DNA of 64,000 nucleotides from Veleropilina oligotropha (Eukaryota): NCBI GenBank assembly GCA_048128005.1, contig JBEUKZ010000114.1, positions 62,001 to 126,000 of the forward strand, read 5' to 3'. Shown piece by piece: positions 32,907 to 44,070 of this stretch (position 1 is its first letter; each line of letters starts with the position of its first letter). The notes under the pieces were generated by a model. It saw only the letters and a program-made list of their open reading frames with translations, ran no database searches and was not told where the DNA came from. The position numbers and the translations under genes were made by a program.

Positions 32907-33877
32907 GCAGGTCTCAGCTGCGACCTTGTGAACCCATGCTTTGAGAATGCCGTGTAGTAGAGCGCGGGTTGGTGGGGTTCCGATACGCGACGGCGAATCG
33001 GGTAGGGCTTATGTGTCCACCATGGATCCGTTGCGCGACGGCGCCCGGAGTCTTTCGGGTCTTCTTCGTTTGTGGTGATGTAAACCATCATGCCGATCGG
33101 TAACACCGTTTCGGGTGCGGGTGGTTTGGACGCCACTAGCGGAACCTGCGACATCCTTGCTGCCTTCACTGGAGGAAGACCAGTTAGTCGTGTTGGCGTC
33201 GCATTCATGTCTGCTACTACCGCTGGAAGAACGGACACCCACTGGCGGTTGTCCCGGCCGCTGCTCAGCTCTTCATGCGCTTGCTTCCTGAAGAGTCGTT
33301 CAGCTAGCCGGCGGTTGAATGACTCCACAAATGCCTGCGATCGGTGATGACCCGGCGAACCGCGTCTTATATCGACCCCGTGTTTCCTTAGAAGAGTGGA
33401 TGCTTCCCCCTTGAATTCGTGCCCGTCATCCACCATTAGCGTTTTTGGCCAAGTTAATTGGGGGCTGGTCTTGTAGATGTCAGCAAACGCCTTAGCTACT
33501 TCGCTCGCCGATTTCGATGTTAGTGGTCTGGCAGCCTTGTAGCGAGAGGCCCCGTCGACCAAGGTCAACGCATACTTGTACGTTTTACGGCTGACCTTGT
33601 CATGTGGGAGATAGAGAAGATCGGCCTGGTGGAGCACACCGGGCCTGTCCTCTGTGAAACGGGCAAATACTTCTCTAGGGGGTTTCGTCTGCATGTACCG
33701 ACCAACCTCCTGTGTCGAGATCCACTCCCGGATTATTTTTATTGAGGCTGCACCTTTTGGAAGCCTTGAGTGCAAAGCTGAGACGCCCTGGAACCCCCCA
33801 TCTGCGTAGTAGTACTTGCTGAGGGTTTCGTCGAGCTCTTTAGCCGTCAGGGGGGGCTTCTGTTTCTTCGCTGCCAT
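32903..33877 (-). CDS. E2 retroviral-type (rve) integrase with intact DDE, 324 aa
   Basis: HQADLL, MVDDGHEF, VESFNRR. Confidence 0.92.
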   Translation of the reverse strand: MAAKKQKPPLTAKELDETLSKYYYADGGFQGVSALHSRLPKGAASIKIIREWISTQEVGRYMQTKPPREVFARFTEDRPGVLHQADLLYLPHDKVSRKTYKYALTLVDGASRYKAARPLTSKSASEVAKAFADIYKTSPQLTWPKTLMVDDGHEFKGEASTLLRKHGVDIRRGSPGHHRSQAFVESFNRRLAERLFRKQAHEELSSGRDNRQWVSVLPAVVADMNATPTRLTGLPPVKAARMSQVPLVASKPPAPETVLPIGMMVYITTNEEDPKDSGRRRATDPWWTHKPYPIRRRVSEPHQPALYYTAFSKHGFTRSQLRPA

Positions 33878-34076
33878 CGAGACTTGCGAGGTATTCCAGC
33901 AACGTGATCAGTCTCCAACAGGCTTCAGCTTCCGCCTCCGGAAGCTGCCCAGTCGTCGCCCGTAGGTTGGTCGGGCCCGAGAGCACCATGACCGCGAACC
34001 GCACCATAGTCTTTTCGTTGCGCCGCCAGCAGTCGAGTGACGTAGTACCAAGGGCGGCAAGGCCCACCTGTTGCAT
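33840..34076 (-). CDS. E2 conserved hypothetical protein overlapping the integrase start
   Basis: Orthologue of E1 12733-13023. Start uncertain. Confidence 0.55.
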   Translation of the reverse strand: MQQVGLAALGTTSLDCWRRNEKTMVRFAVMVLSGPTNLRATTGQLPEAEAEACWRLITLLEYLASLDGSEETEAPPDG

Positions 34077-34143
34077 AGCGGAGTACAGCTCTTCTGGGAG
34101 CCCCTTTATTATACATGCCCACGAAAAAAATGTCCACTGGAAA

Positions 34144-34575
34144 TTAGGGTAGGAGCTTGTAGGCTACCAACCCGGTCGCAGCCATCCCCAGGATGACGAA
34201 GGTGATCTCACGCTTTTGTTGGTCGTCGCTCGTCGTGTAGTAGTCAGACAGGGCGGGCTCAGGGCCACCCCCCAGGTCGGGGTCAAGGTTCTTGCCGGTG
34301 ATCAAGGCATACTCACGGATCGCGGCGTCAACATCCCGGAATGTGCCAACGGCATGACCCTGGCGGCGAAGTTCAACGTTAAGCCAATCGAGACGCTCTG
34401 CCCTCTTTTGGGACCATTTAGTCTGAGCGGCCTGGAGCTGCTCTACGGCTTTGTCGTGGCGTTTACGCTCCTCATCAACACCAGAGCTGCGTAGCTTCGA
34501 GAACAGGAAGTTTGACCCGCTGAAGGCGAGGGCGTTGACGAGAGCGCCCCCAACCAGCATCGCTATGGAAGCCAT
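34144..34575 (-). CDS. E2 membrane protein, 143 aa
   Basis: Orthologue of 12262-12693. Confidence 0.85.
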   Translation of the reverse strand: MASIAMLVGGALVNALAFSGSNFLFSKLRSSGVDEERKRHDKAVEQLQAAQTKWSQKRAERLDWLNVELRRQGHAVGTFRDVDAAIREYALITGKNLDPDLGGGPEPALSDYYTTSDDQQKREITFVILGMAATGLVAYKLLP

Positions 34576-34598
34576 TGAAGTGATGCAGTGCTTCGTCT

Positions 34599-34838
34599 CT
34601 ACTTCAATACGTCGGCTGGAATGAGGCCTTGCTTGATAAGCAGATCCTTAGTCGCCATGGCTAGCGCTACGTCGAGGACGACCATCCCAACATCGTAACC
34701 CGTGAAGTCAAGTTTGGGACTTTGTCCCTTGAAGGCCATCTTTACCAGGCGTGAGTAGCCAATGGCAAGGCCAGACACGATAGCCGAATGATATACGGCG
34801 TTGCCGAGCATCTTTCCATCAGTGATTGGGGTAGTCAT
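34599..34838 (-). CDS. E2 small hydrophobic protein, 79 aa
   Basis: Orthologue of 11991-12230. Confidence 0.85.
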   Translation of the reverse strand: MTTPITDGKMLGNAVYHSAIVSGLAIGYSRLVKMAFKGQSPKLDFTGYDVGMVVLDVALAMATKDLLIKQGLIPADVLK

Positions 34839-34868
34839 GGTTTCGAGAGGTACAGTTTGCAGCTGCTA

Positions 34869-35369
34869 CTATCGCATATGAAAAGGGTTGTGCCTAGTCT
34901 CCAATTCGGTGGTGGGGGCGGGAGCCCTGGGCTGCCTCGCCGGTGCTGGTGGCTGTTGATGTGGTGTGGATGGACCACTGCTGCGTTTCCAGACAACAAA
35001 TAACAACGCGACCCCGCCTGCAGCGATAGCTGTATAGGTCCAATTAAATGGGTCCGATTTCCGTGTAGCTGACACTGTGCGAAAGTCGTTTTCGACCGCG
35101 GTCACCTCGGCCGGGGTATTACCACTGTGTGGCGCCTCCGGTAGTTCTGAAGGAACTGTGCTGACATTTTGTCGAGTGTTTTCTTTAAATTTTCTAACCT
35201 CGGCAAGCAGCCTCTCCTGGTTGGCTTTCCGAGCAGCAGCACCGGCCCTCCCTGCAGCCACTTTTTTAGCGTCCTTTTTACTCACTGATGAGTCTGTCGA
35301 AGAAGTCACCCTCTCTATCGGCTGGCTCTCCTGGCTCGATATCATTTGGTCCAATTCCTGCGTTGTCAT
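34869..35369 (-). CDS. E2 basic-motif TM protein, 166 aa
   Basis: Orthologue of 11464-11961. Confidence 0.8.
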   Translation of the reverse strand: MTTQELDQMISSQESQPIERVTSSTDSSVSKKDAKKVAAGRAGAAARKANQERLLAEVRKFKENTRQNVSTVPSELPEAPHSGNTPAEVTAVENDFRTVSATRKSDPFNWTYTAIAAGGVALLFVVWKRSSGPSTPHQQPPAPARQPRAPAPTTELETRHNPFHMR

Positions 35370-36030
35370 CTTGATCTCGCTCTATCTTAGGCAGGCAAAC
35401 ATGTCCAATTCGGCAGTGCTTAGCCGTGGTCAACGCGGCGGTCAGCGGTGCAAGGTACATGCCGTACTGCTGATACAACTCGCAGCTTGCAGTGCACAGC
35501 GCATGTGAGATGAAAGGGTCGGCCTCCAGGTCCGCGATCAGTCGTAGCTGGTTTTCACGTGGGATGGGCAGGAACATCCCAGCTGCCCCCGCGTAGAGGT
35601 GTATAGCTGCAGTCCCCAGGGTTTTCGTCATGTCGGCACCGAGTTTCGCTTCATACCTTGCGTGGTGTTTATCAATCTCTTCATCGGTCATATCGTCGAT
35701 CCGGTCAACCGTGAGGTTGCGCCCCAAGCATTTGTGGGCCTGTCCTTCAACGACTAATGCTGCAAGCCTCTCCCGCTTCTTTGCCGTTCCTACGGAGTTA
35801 CTGACAGGTTCCTGGTGCTGCAAGCAGCCATCGGGAGTCAAGCGGTGGCCGGTGACGGTCATTTCTTGTTCGTCGTCCATGAGTTGATCGATGAGGCTGT
35901 CCATCCTTAAGCGTTTCCAACATCTCCTCGCCGGTCTAATATAGCCGTACAGCCAGTACCACAATGTTACGAGTAACAGCAGCATGAGGCTTTGGCTGCA
36001 AGCAAAAGCTATATATACAGCGTCCGACAT
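35278..36030 (-). CDS. E2 conserved viral protein, 250 aa
   Basis: Orthologue of 10830-11564. Confidence 0.75.
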   Translation of the reverse strand: MSDAVYIAFACSQSLMLLLLVTLWYWLYGYIRPARRCWKRLRMDSLIDQLMDDEQEMTVTGHRLTPDGCLQHQEPVSNSVGTAKKRERLAALVVEGQAHKCLGRNLTVDRIDDMTDEEIDKHHARYEAKLGADMTKTLGTAAIHLYAGAAGMFLPIPRENQLRLIADLEADPFISHALCTASCELYQQYGMYLAPLTAALTTAKHCRIGHVCLPKIERDQDDNAGIGPNDIEPGEPADREGDFFDRLISE

Positions 36031-36082
36031 GCGAGAGCTTGCTCAGTAGATGCTGGGGATGCTGGGTAGATGCTAAAGCTTG

Positions 36083-36714
36083 CTAAAGCACACTATAAGC
36101 AACGGGCTGATCAGTTTTCAACAGAAGCTTCACGTGTCTGGTTTCTGCCAGGAGCCGGCGCACCGCGGTCCTCTCATCCTGCGACGGGATTACGTCATTT
36201 TCGCGGAGACAGTCTTCAAAGCTGTCTCGGTCTTTGCAGTGGAACAGCGCGAGCCAGCGGGTCTGCTCTCGTAGCTCTTTCAAGACTGAGTTGTACTTTT
36301 GCGTCACCACCCATACGCTCTGTTCGGCATGCCTGCCGCTGAAGGGCAACGCAGTCAGCATGTCCCTTCTCTTCCCTAGGGCCTTGCTGGTGGCGCAGTC
36401 GTCGATGATGTACAGGGTAGGCTCCCCTGAAACAGCTGATAGAACCCCCGCAACCAGTCATGGAGTCGCTCACCGGGGGGGATCAAATATACCTCCGGGT
36501 CGGTCCAGATCCACGGACAGGCCTGGTATGCTTTGTTGTACTTGATCGTGGGGCAGAGGATTACAATGTGCCGGAACACGCCTCGATAGAAGCCTTTCAA
36601 CAGTTCAAGCATGAAAACCGTCTTCCCACAGCCCGTCTCGCCGCAGATGATTGCGGAGTGGGGGTCCTTGGTGTGCGGAAACCGTTTAGTACAGTGCTGC
36701 GACAAAGCGTCCAT
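36083..36714 (-). pseudogene. E2 packaging ATPase, frameshift near 36425
   Basis: Walker A GETGCGKT. Fragments 36376-36714 and 36083-36361 align with the E1 ATPase. Confidence 0.88.
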
Positions 36715-37990
36715 TCTCGATGTTCAGCTGTGCATCCATGATCACGTACAGGTAAACATTCAATGGGCCGGCGGCTTCACCCGTCTTGGTGATCTGGATG
36801 GTGATGCCCTCGCTGGCGTTCTCTATCCTCCGGCCTGACCCGTGCAGCTGATCGTCGTCGGTTACCCGCATGTCTATCCAGAGTGCGTATTTTTGGGTCA
36901 AGAACTCGCCCAGGGTGACGTCTGCCAGAGCCAACTCCTTGGCCACCAGCGCCACCTCAGGATGCCGCTTGCTGCTCGGGTTGGAGGCGAACATTTTTTT
37001 GGCTTCTTCCCACACCTGGTATGAACGCATGCCCTGGCTGTAGATTTGGTTCGGGACACCCTCAATGGTGACCTCGAAATTTGTGATTTTCGGGTTGTAG
37101 AAGGCCTCGGTGTCCCTCGCAAATGGTGCTGCGTCTCTCGCGGGGTCCTCAAACAGCAGTAGGATCCCTTTCATGGACCGCGCCGGTACATTCAGGTTCA
37201 GATTCCACAAGGTGTCACTCTTGTCTCTGGTGAGCTTATGATGCCGGAGCACACGGTCGTAGAGGATGGCGAGGCGGCCCGAGTACTGGTTTCGTATAAG
37301 CCTGGCCAGTTCTGCCTGGGTGACCATGTCGTATTCCAGGCTAACGTTCTCGATGCTGTAGCTGGAACCGGGGTCGTCCGTATCCCTGATAGTCCGTGAA
37401 TGGTTGTTGAATGTTAGCTCGTACTCGAGCCTGTCCCCCAGAGCGCATTGGTAGAACGGCATGTGGCTTTCCAGCAACTCGAAGTCCAGCGGGATGCGGA
37501 ATCGAGGACCGTAAGCGACCGAGATGGCCACATCCTCAGAAACTCTGAAGGCGTCTGCCGCACCAACACGATGCTTCGTAGTGTTTTGTCCATCGCTGGT
37601 ATCAATCCCTTGGTATTGGGCATTCTTGCGTTCCTGGGGTGTCTTCCAGAGATCGCAGTAGCAGTGATACACGTCGGAGTCGTCGATAGACATGATCTCG
37701 TTGCCACTAATTTTGATTGTGGTCTTTTTGATCACGGCACGGCCAATGTTCTGAACTACGGTTCTGTTCGGGTTAGCCGAGGTCAGAGAGATAGTAAAGG
37801 CAAGGTGGGCAGTCCCTGGAACGATCACGTCATTCGCCCCGAGATTCGGGAACCGAACCAGCAGTTGTTGGTTGGCGGCGATAGTGGATGGGTTGTTTGT
37901 AATCGTCACGGACTGGCGTATACCCTTGACCCCAAGGGGCTCTCGCAGTCTGCGGTATGGATCAAGCTTGTGTCCGTAGATGCTGGCCAT
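36686..37990 (-). CDS. E2 major capsid protein, intact, 434 aa
   Basis: Full-length close orthologue of 8892-10193. Confidence 0.8.
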   Translation of the reverse strand: MASIYGHKLDPYRRLREPLGVKGIRQSVTITNNPSTIAANQQLLVRFPNLGANDVIVPGTAHLAFTISLTSANPNRTVVQNIGRAVIKKTTIKISGNEIMSIDDSDVYHCYCDLWKTPQERKNAQYQGIDTSDGQNTTKHRVGAADAFRVSEDVAISVAYGPRFRIPLDFELLESHMPFYQCALGDRLEYELTFNNHSRTIRDTDDPGSSYSIENVSLEYDMVTQAELARLIRNQYSGRLAILYDRVLRHHKLTRDKSDTLWNLNLNVPARSMKGILLLFEDPARDAAPFARDTEAFYNPKITNFEVTIEGVPNQIYSQGMRSYQVWEEAKKMFASNPSSKRHPEVALVAKELALADVTLGEFLTQKYALWIDMRVTDDDQLHGSGRRIENASEGITIQITKTGEAAGPLNVYLYVIMDAQLNIENGRFVAALY

Positions 37991-38041
37991 GTTGTTGTCG
38001 CTATGGCTGAATTAGATGCGTATCCAAGCGGTTGTATTCAA

Positions 38042-39294
38042 ATGGCGGAATTCGAGAACCCTGCGTTCGAGCCCAACATCATCGATGATGATGATGTTCC
38101 TTCCACTTACTGGATTGTGCCTCTGGCGCCACAGGAAGGAACCAGCGGTCTGCGGCAAGAGCTCGTTCAAACAGCGGTGGACGACTACTACAATGCCCTA
38201 TCAAAGGAGGGGCAAACCCCCGCCACGGGGCGTGATTATTCCAGGTTCGATTACGTGGACGGGCGATTGCAGATGAAGGCCTATCCCCACATCGATCTCA
38301 TCAATTCTAGCACCGGTAAACCCAAGGCTTTGGCCACAATAGCTGGCCGGCGTGATGGGGGTAACGCGATCAGAGATGGGTTGGGGTTCGTAGACTGGAA
38401 GCGGGGGGGACCAAAGAAGTCCTCAAAATTTGTTGCAGCTCTTGAGACAGTCGACAGTGAGTTGAGCGGTGCGGCCGCCAATGTAGACAACGTGGAACTG
38501 CGCGACTTGGGGCGAACAGCGAATGATGCATCAGCAGCAATCCACAAAATGAAGACGACTTTCACAGACGCCGAGGTTGATGAGATCTTGAGCACGATGG
38601 GGGACCCTCCATTGAATCTTCGTGAGCTTCGCGGTCTCGACAAGGCAATGCAGACCATCCGAGTCGAGCTCACGAACAACTTGGCCAAACTATCGGCGCT
38701 GGACGAACACATAGCGCTGGAGAAAAGGAAGCTCGATCAGGCAGATGAAGGGGGCGTGGAAGGGTTTGTTCGTCGACGAATCGTGGAACGTTTGCGCGGC
38801 TTAAATGATGAACGAGCAGCTCGCCTAGAGGCAGCCGGGAGGCTATTCGCTCTCAAATCAGCCGGATCCGAGAAATGATAGGTCGGATTCTCCACTCAGA
38901 CACGACGCTGGCCGAGCGCATCCGGACCCTGTTTCGCGAGCAGGGGGTCACGATTGTGACCATACTCACCGCGATCGGGTTGGCTATCTCGACTTTGGTA
39001 CTAGCCCTAACAGGCGGAGCGCCGAGCATCTCACCACCACCACCACCTTCCAGTGGTCAAGGGATAAAGGAGTGGGTAAAAATGCAGCAGCAGAACTTGG
39101 GTCGGATTCTGGGCAAACTAGCAGGGAAGGCGGCTGCCGCACTCCCAGGAATACTTGGAAGCCTGCTTTCCTGGCTTATCAGTCTGGTTGGCAAGACAGC
39201 GTCGTGGCTTGCTGAAAACCTGTGGGCTGTGATTATATCTGTTGGGGGCGTGCTTCTTATTGCCGCTAGCCAGTGGGTGAAGCAAGCCAGATAA
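38042..39294 (+). pseudogene. E2 coiled-coil/hydrophobic protein, frameshift near 38835
   Basis: MAEFENPAFEP start. A short deletion relative to E1 (EAASSSREAL) shifts the frame, which resumes in 38875-39294. Confidence 0.8.
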
Positions 39295-40371
39295 ACGCTA
39301 GGCCAACGACAACGCCACCCACGATTAGTGCGGTTTTCTCCTCGTCATGTGGGGCCACTGGAACAGCTGCCGCTGGAACACCTGCCGCCTCAACGTTGGG
39401 ATGATTCGGAGTGACTACCGGTATGCTTGCATCTGCCCGTAAGACTGCGTCTTGTGGAACGACCAGTCCTTTTTCTCCAGTCTCCCCAGTGGCGTTGGGG
39501 GCGGCACATTGGCTGTGTTGATGGTTGTATTAAGACCTAGTGTCTGGTCTTGCGTGGCGACGACGATCTTGTTGTTATACCCAGCGACCTGCCCGATGCG
39601 CAGAAGCATGTCACTTGGCGCCATATACAGGCCAACGCCGAATACGAAGTCTACCTTGGATCTGGCATACTGTAGCACCTCCTGGTACCGTTTGATGGCT
39701 GATGGCAGATCAACTGGAGATGCTTGCGCGATGTAGTCCACGTGCAAATTCGCGTTTGTCGTACCTTTCGTGAAGGACATCCGACTGGGATCGTACGCAC
39801 GTCCGATGGAGTGGTAGCCGTTGTTCGTCCAGTAGCTGAAAGCAGTGCCGAGCCCTTTATTGGGACCCTCGACTCGCCAGTCGGTGTGCGGAGACACACC
39901 AAATTCGCTGCAGATCTTCTCATACGCCCTACGGTCATACGGGTTGTCGAATGCATCCCACGTCGTGTCTTGTGGCAGCGGCGCCTGAATTTCGGACAAG
40001 ATCCTTCTGGTCTGATAGTAGACGTGGAAGGTGAATACGGCTCTGGAAAGGGGGTCGGTTGCATTCAAGTAGTCTTCTGCAGAGATCCCGGAACCTGTTG
40101 TGGCACACCAGACCGCGAAGTTGACCTTGTTCTGCCAAAACCGCATGGGCGTGCTGTTCCAATCCCGTATTAGCCGATCACTCGCGACGTGAGGGAGGCG
40201 GTATTTTTGAAAGACGTCGGGGTAGTCTGCCCCGAATGCAGGATGGGGAGATTCAGACGAGGAGACAACGACGCTTGGTTTTGTAAGCTGCTCATCTTGG
40301 ATCTTTGCTGGGTACACCACACCGGTCGGATAGGCCGCACTCCCATTAAAGGCAAAGGCGCACTTTGCCAT
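39266..40371 (-). pseudogene. E2 C-terminally anchored protein with an internal in-frame deletion (~39722) and a frameshift near 39490
   Basis: RFWQNKVNFAVWCATTGSGIS is shared with E1. The E1 segment WATFILD...VEDAIS is missing. Confidence 0.75.
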
Positions 40372-40375
40372 AGCT

Positions 40376-41018
40376 ATGTTTCACATGGTAACGAGTGTTC
40401 AAACGGGGACCGCGGTTGCCCTCCTGCAACCGATAGATAACCGAGAAGGCAAGCTATGTGTTGGCTTGCGGTCGCTCGACTATTGGGTCGGTTGGCATAA
40501 CGTACACGATGGAGCCTTCTTCAAGACCCCCAATAACACAGTGTCAGTGGCACCGGGCTTCTACAGCTTCGATTCCCTCGCCAAGACTATGAAGAGGTCC
40601 CTCGCTAACATACGGCTAGATGTAAGCCATGCTACCGGACTCGCACAACTCGCACAAGGGATCTCGACTCGTGATTAGCGACGATATACTGAAGCTCCTC
40701 GGCTTCAACCGTTCAGGGTGGCTACGCCCCGGGACTTATGACGGGAACAAGCCGGTAGGGTTTGCCATTGCAGCGACCCTACACGTTCATCTGGAGCAGC
40801 TCAGTACAACACACAATGTGAAGGACGGCGCCCCGAGCAATATTCTCGCGGTGGTCCCTATAACGACGCAGATGTTCGGTGAAGCTGCCCACTATCATAG
40901 CTATCCAGCCTTCCGGCGACTACAGGCGGGGCTACTCACAGAATTGAAGGTGTATGTCACCGACTCAGATGGTAACCCGCTCGACAATCACGGTATGCCT
41001 ATTTCCGCAGTCCTCTAG
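40376..41018 (+). pseudogene. E2 minor capsid (penton-like) protein, frameshift near 40650
   Basis: Fragments 40376-40678 and 40629-41018 align with E1 5546-6283. Confidence 0.75.
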
Positions 41019-41023
41019 ATACA

Positions 41024-41371
41024 ATGAGCAGCATCTATGGGACCCTTCTCGCAGAAGAGCCTTCAGCGACCCAGTGGCACTTTGTTCTTAGTTGTGGGGA
41101 AGCGCCCAAGAAGGGGCTGGCGAGGAGGGAGTTCATGATTCCAAACACTGGAGGTCGGTTTTGGTTGAACCCAGCCCTTCTAATGATCCACATGACGCTG
41201 GTCCAGCCGGCCGGGGGCAGCCCCAAGGCATGTTCCATAAATAAACTTGGCCTGGATTCGGACAAGTTGACCCTCGCCTTTGCCCTCAAGGCCCCATGGG
41301 TGAACATGCTTTATTTGAACGTTAAGGTAGACATTTTAAACCAACCGGCTGAACAGTACAGCCACGTATGA
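41024..41371 (+). CDS. E2 conserved hypothetical protein, 115 aa
   Basis: Orthologue of 5178-5546. Confidence 0.75.
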   Translation: MSSIYGTLLAEEPSATQWHFVLSCGEAPKKGLARREFMIPNTGGRFWLNPALLMIHMTLVQPAGGSPKACSINKLGLDSDKLTLAFALKAPWVNMLYLNVKVDILNQPAEQYSHV

Positions 41372-42009
41372 TGGACAAACCCACACCGCGATCAGCGCCA
41401 ACGTTGTACCCACAACTTGGTGGCGATGTGCTTTCGGAACTGCCGGAGGCACAGTCTTTCCGATTACAGAAGGTGAATGAGCTTCAGGGACAGCTAGAAC
41501 GAGAGAGGGACACACGGGCTGACCTGTACAAGAAGTATCGAAGAGGCGTGAATGTCGTTGACGGGATAGATTCGGCCCTTGTCGTTGCCACCCTTGGTAT
41601 GGGTAGCGCCGGCATCGGACTGTTGTCCACGATCGTTGCAGCACCAATTGTACTAGTGCTGGAATTAGCGGCGTTGGGGTGTGGGCTCGCGAGTATGGGT
41701 GGAAAATACATTAGCCGCCGCCTCCAAGTGAAGGCTAAGAAGCACGACGAGATAAGAGTACTGGCCGAAAGCAAGCTGAACACCATCACCGACCACGTCT
41801 CAAAGGCCTTAGCGGATGGGGAGATGTCTGATGATGAATTCCAACTGGTCACTTCCGAGATGGAAAAATATCGGACAATGAAGGCCACCCTGCGTCTCAA
41901 AAGTCTAAAGGCGCACACCGCGGTTTCACAGACCCAAAGCGAGCTTATTGAGCGTGGTCGTAAAGAGGGACGTGCAGAATTGCGGAAAAAAATCGGAGTT
42001 GGCGACTAA
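41368..42009 (+). CDS. E2 membrane protein with LYPQL motif, 213 aa
   Basis: Orthologue of 4545-5177. Confidence 0.85.
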   Translation: MMDKPTPRSAPTLYPQLGGDVLSELPEAQSFRLQKVNELQGQLERERDTRADLYKKYRRGVNVVDGIDSALVVATLGMGSAGIGLLSTIVAAPIVLVLELAALGCGLASMGGKYISRRLQVKAKKHDEIRVLAESKLNTITDHVSKALADGEMSDDEFQLVTSEMEKYRTMKATLRLKSLKAHTAVSQTQSELIERGRKEGRAELRKKIGVGD

Positions 42010-42085
42010 CCATCCAGGTTAATCGTGGGGGGACTTCCCCCCTCCCCCGTATTAAAGCTAGCACGCAGACAGTGATGCCACAACC

Positions 42086-42493
42086 ATGAAATCCATGCTA
42101 CTTCTGTGCATTGCCGCGGTGTCCTGGCTAGCGGGTGTCTCCCAGGCGTCGTCACACGACACCGCATTAATTCTCGAACACACGTGGGCCAGGTACCGAA
42201 CCCACCCCCTGTACAATATAAGGCACGACCACTTGCGGAGAAACTTGCTACGGGACCCACCTCCAGTTCCCCCACCATCGTGCCACTACTTTATTATCGA
42301 TGGAGAGAATGACTGTGGCCCCGACACAAATACTGTCGTTTGCGTTGAATGCGCTGAGCCATCATTATGTCGTGGTAAACATGGGCATCATTTCTCAATG
42401 TTATCTACCGGCTGCTTGGGTGCGTGGCGTCAAATAGGACACCGATCGCCATTCAACTGTACGCTAGCCAGCGGCAACTACATATTTATCTAA
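42086..42493 (+). CDS. E2 putative secreted Cys-rich accessory protein, 135 aa
   Basis: Signal-peptide-like MKSMLLLCIAAVSWLAGVSQA, seven Cys in the mature region, CAACCATG start context. Relic present in E1. Confidence 0.65.
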   Translation: MKSMLLLCIAAVSWLAGVSQASSHDTALILEHTWARYRTHPLYNIRHDHLRRNLLRDPPPVPPPSCHYFIIDGENDCGPDTNTVVCVECAEPSLCRGKHGHHFSMLSTGCLGAWRQIGHRSPFNCTLASGNYIFI

Positions 42494-42901
42494 CGGCTGC
42501 GGTAGTCCCCGTCCTCAAATACATTTTCCAGCTTCCCCAGCGTCTATTCATAGCCCGCTGCTCTCATCACCACACGCTATATCCGTGTGCTTTACAAATA
42601 CCTCGCCGCGTGTATCAATGGTATTGTTTACCCTCGCTTCTATCACAAGCCATAGCTTCATTGTCGCGTCGCGTATCCCGCCGTGGTTGACCCAGATAAA
42701 TAAAGTTTTGGTCCAGATAAAAATATTTGGTCAAGAAACTTTTTTTACTGGGTCACCAAACGTCTCGATGTAAACAAGGGGACCGTTATTGTGCTGAGTC
42801 AGCCGGGATGAGTTGACAATACAGGTGGATATTGACAGTTGTCGTGTCGAGTCAGCAATAAAGCCCAGGTTGCTTCACTAACACACAAGAGCAGTACCCT
42901 C

Positions 42902-43235
42902 GCCCCGGAAGTCCCTAAGGGCTCTTACTACCAGCTCTGTTCAAACGGGCGTGGGGGCCGGGTCCCAGGCCCGGGGGGCCCAAATAGACTATTCTAAGCT
43001 ACCCGAGTTTCGGACGGCGCTGGCCCATTCTTATAAAATGCCCCCCCCCCTACCGACCATTCTAAGCTACCCTAGTTTCGGACGGCGCTGGGAGCCCCCC
43101 CGGGGACCCGCCCCCCCTTGGATTCTTCTAAAATGCCCCCCTGCTGACTATTCTAAGCTACCCGAGGTTCGGATGGCACTGGGAGCCCCCCCCGGCGGCC
43201 GTGAGCCCCTAGTCTAAACCGCCTTAGTCCCCCCC
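42902..43235 (-). repeat. E2 right TIR
   Basis: Reverse complement of 28138-28462. Confidence 0.95.
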
Positions 43236-43899
43236 ATTGATGTTTAACGACCACGCCGACACTATTTGGTCATAATCGGGTCGGTCAAGTTGACTATATA
43301 ATAATTTAATATAAAATGTTAAAAGTTGGGATAGTAAATGCCGATAAATAAAAGATGTAAATAAAACAAAACAATATATTTCCAAATAAAATAAAGCCAA
43401 TGCAAATTAAGATAAAAATCAATGTAATTTAGATAAAAACAAGGCAATAAAATAACAAAATTTAAAAGATCAAATGTTTGCTAAAAACTAGTATAATAAT
43501 AAAATAGTATAATAATTAAAAACAAAATATAGATTTAGTCATAAACGAAATAAAAGTATAATACAAATTATAATTTATAGAAAATATTTACCTGTTTTAA
43601 AAATTCAAATACGGCTTCGAGCTTATTAAGATTAAATAGCTCTTGGAGTGAATTGGCCCTAAAATACCGTTGGCGTGCGAGATCCAAATCGACACAATCC
43701 AATAATATATGTTTAATTGTTAGGGCAGTTGCACAAGCAATACACTCGGGTGGAGGCTCCCCTTTAAGCAAGTAGGAGTGAGTGTAGTGAGAATGCCCAA
43801 TTCTCAGGTTGGCCAAGACCACCTCCTCTCGCTGAGTTATTCTGCAAGAGGGGCCTCAATCGCCAAGAAGAGGTTGAACATTCTGCAGTTTATTCCTTG
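43236..43899 (-). mobile_element. 5'-truncated I-group LINE (ORF2 C-terminus and 3' UTR); its tail is split by E2
   Basis: LRIGHSHYTHSYLL...TIKHILLDC matches the 57522 ORF end. The 3' end reads GTGGTCGTTAAACA(TCAAT)n. Confidence 0.9.
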
Positions 43900-44070
43900 C
43901 CAAAGTCGGTGTTTGGGCGTATAATCCGCCAGAGGTTTTGAGTATATTTCTGCCTTTTCCAACTCTCGGATCAGGTACAATCGAGGTTGTAGTAGTATTT
44001 TGGTAAACTACCCGTAGAAATACCCTTATCACTTCATACCCCTGTCTCCTACCTACCCGTGTAAGTAGCT

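Larger units (their letters stand above)
28138..43235. mobile_element. Endogenous Polinton-like/adintovirus-like virus E2 (15.1 kb), inverted relative to E1
   Basis: ~330-bp TIRs ending in G6/C7 runs and TSD ATTGA (28133-28137 / 43236-43240). Gene order is collinear with E1. Confidence 0.95.

Noticed and set aside
37448..38041. N-terminal part of the 476-aa ORF 37448-38878
   Set aside because: Antisense shadow of the MCP. The homologous start is MAEFENP at 38042.
3624..43235. E1 and E2 as one giant inverted duplication or an assembly artefact
   Set aside because: They have different TIRs, different TSDs, divergent integrase/replicase and many synonymous differences, so they are independent insertions.
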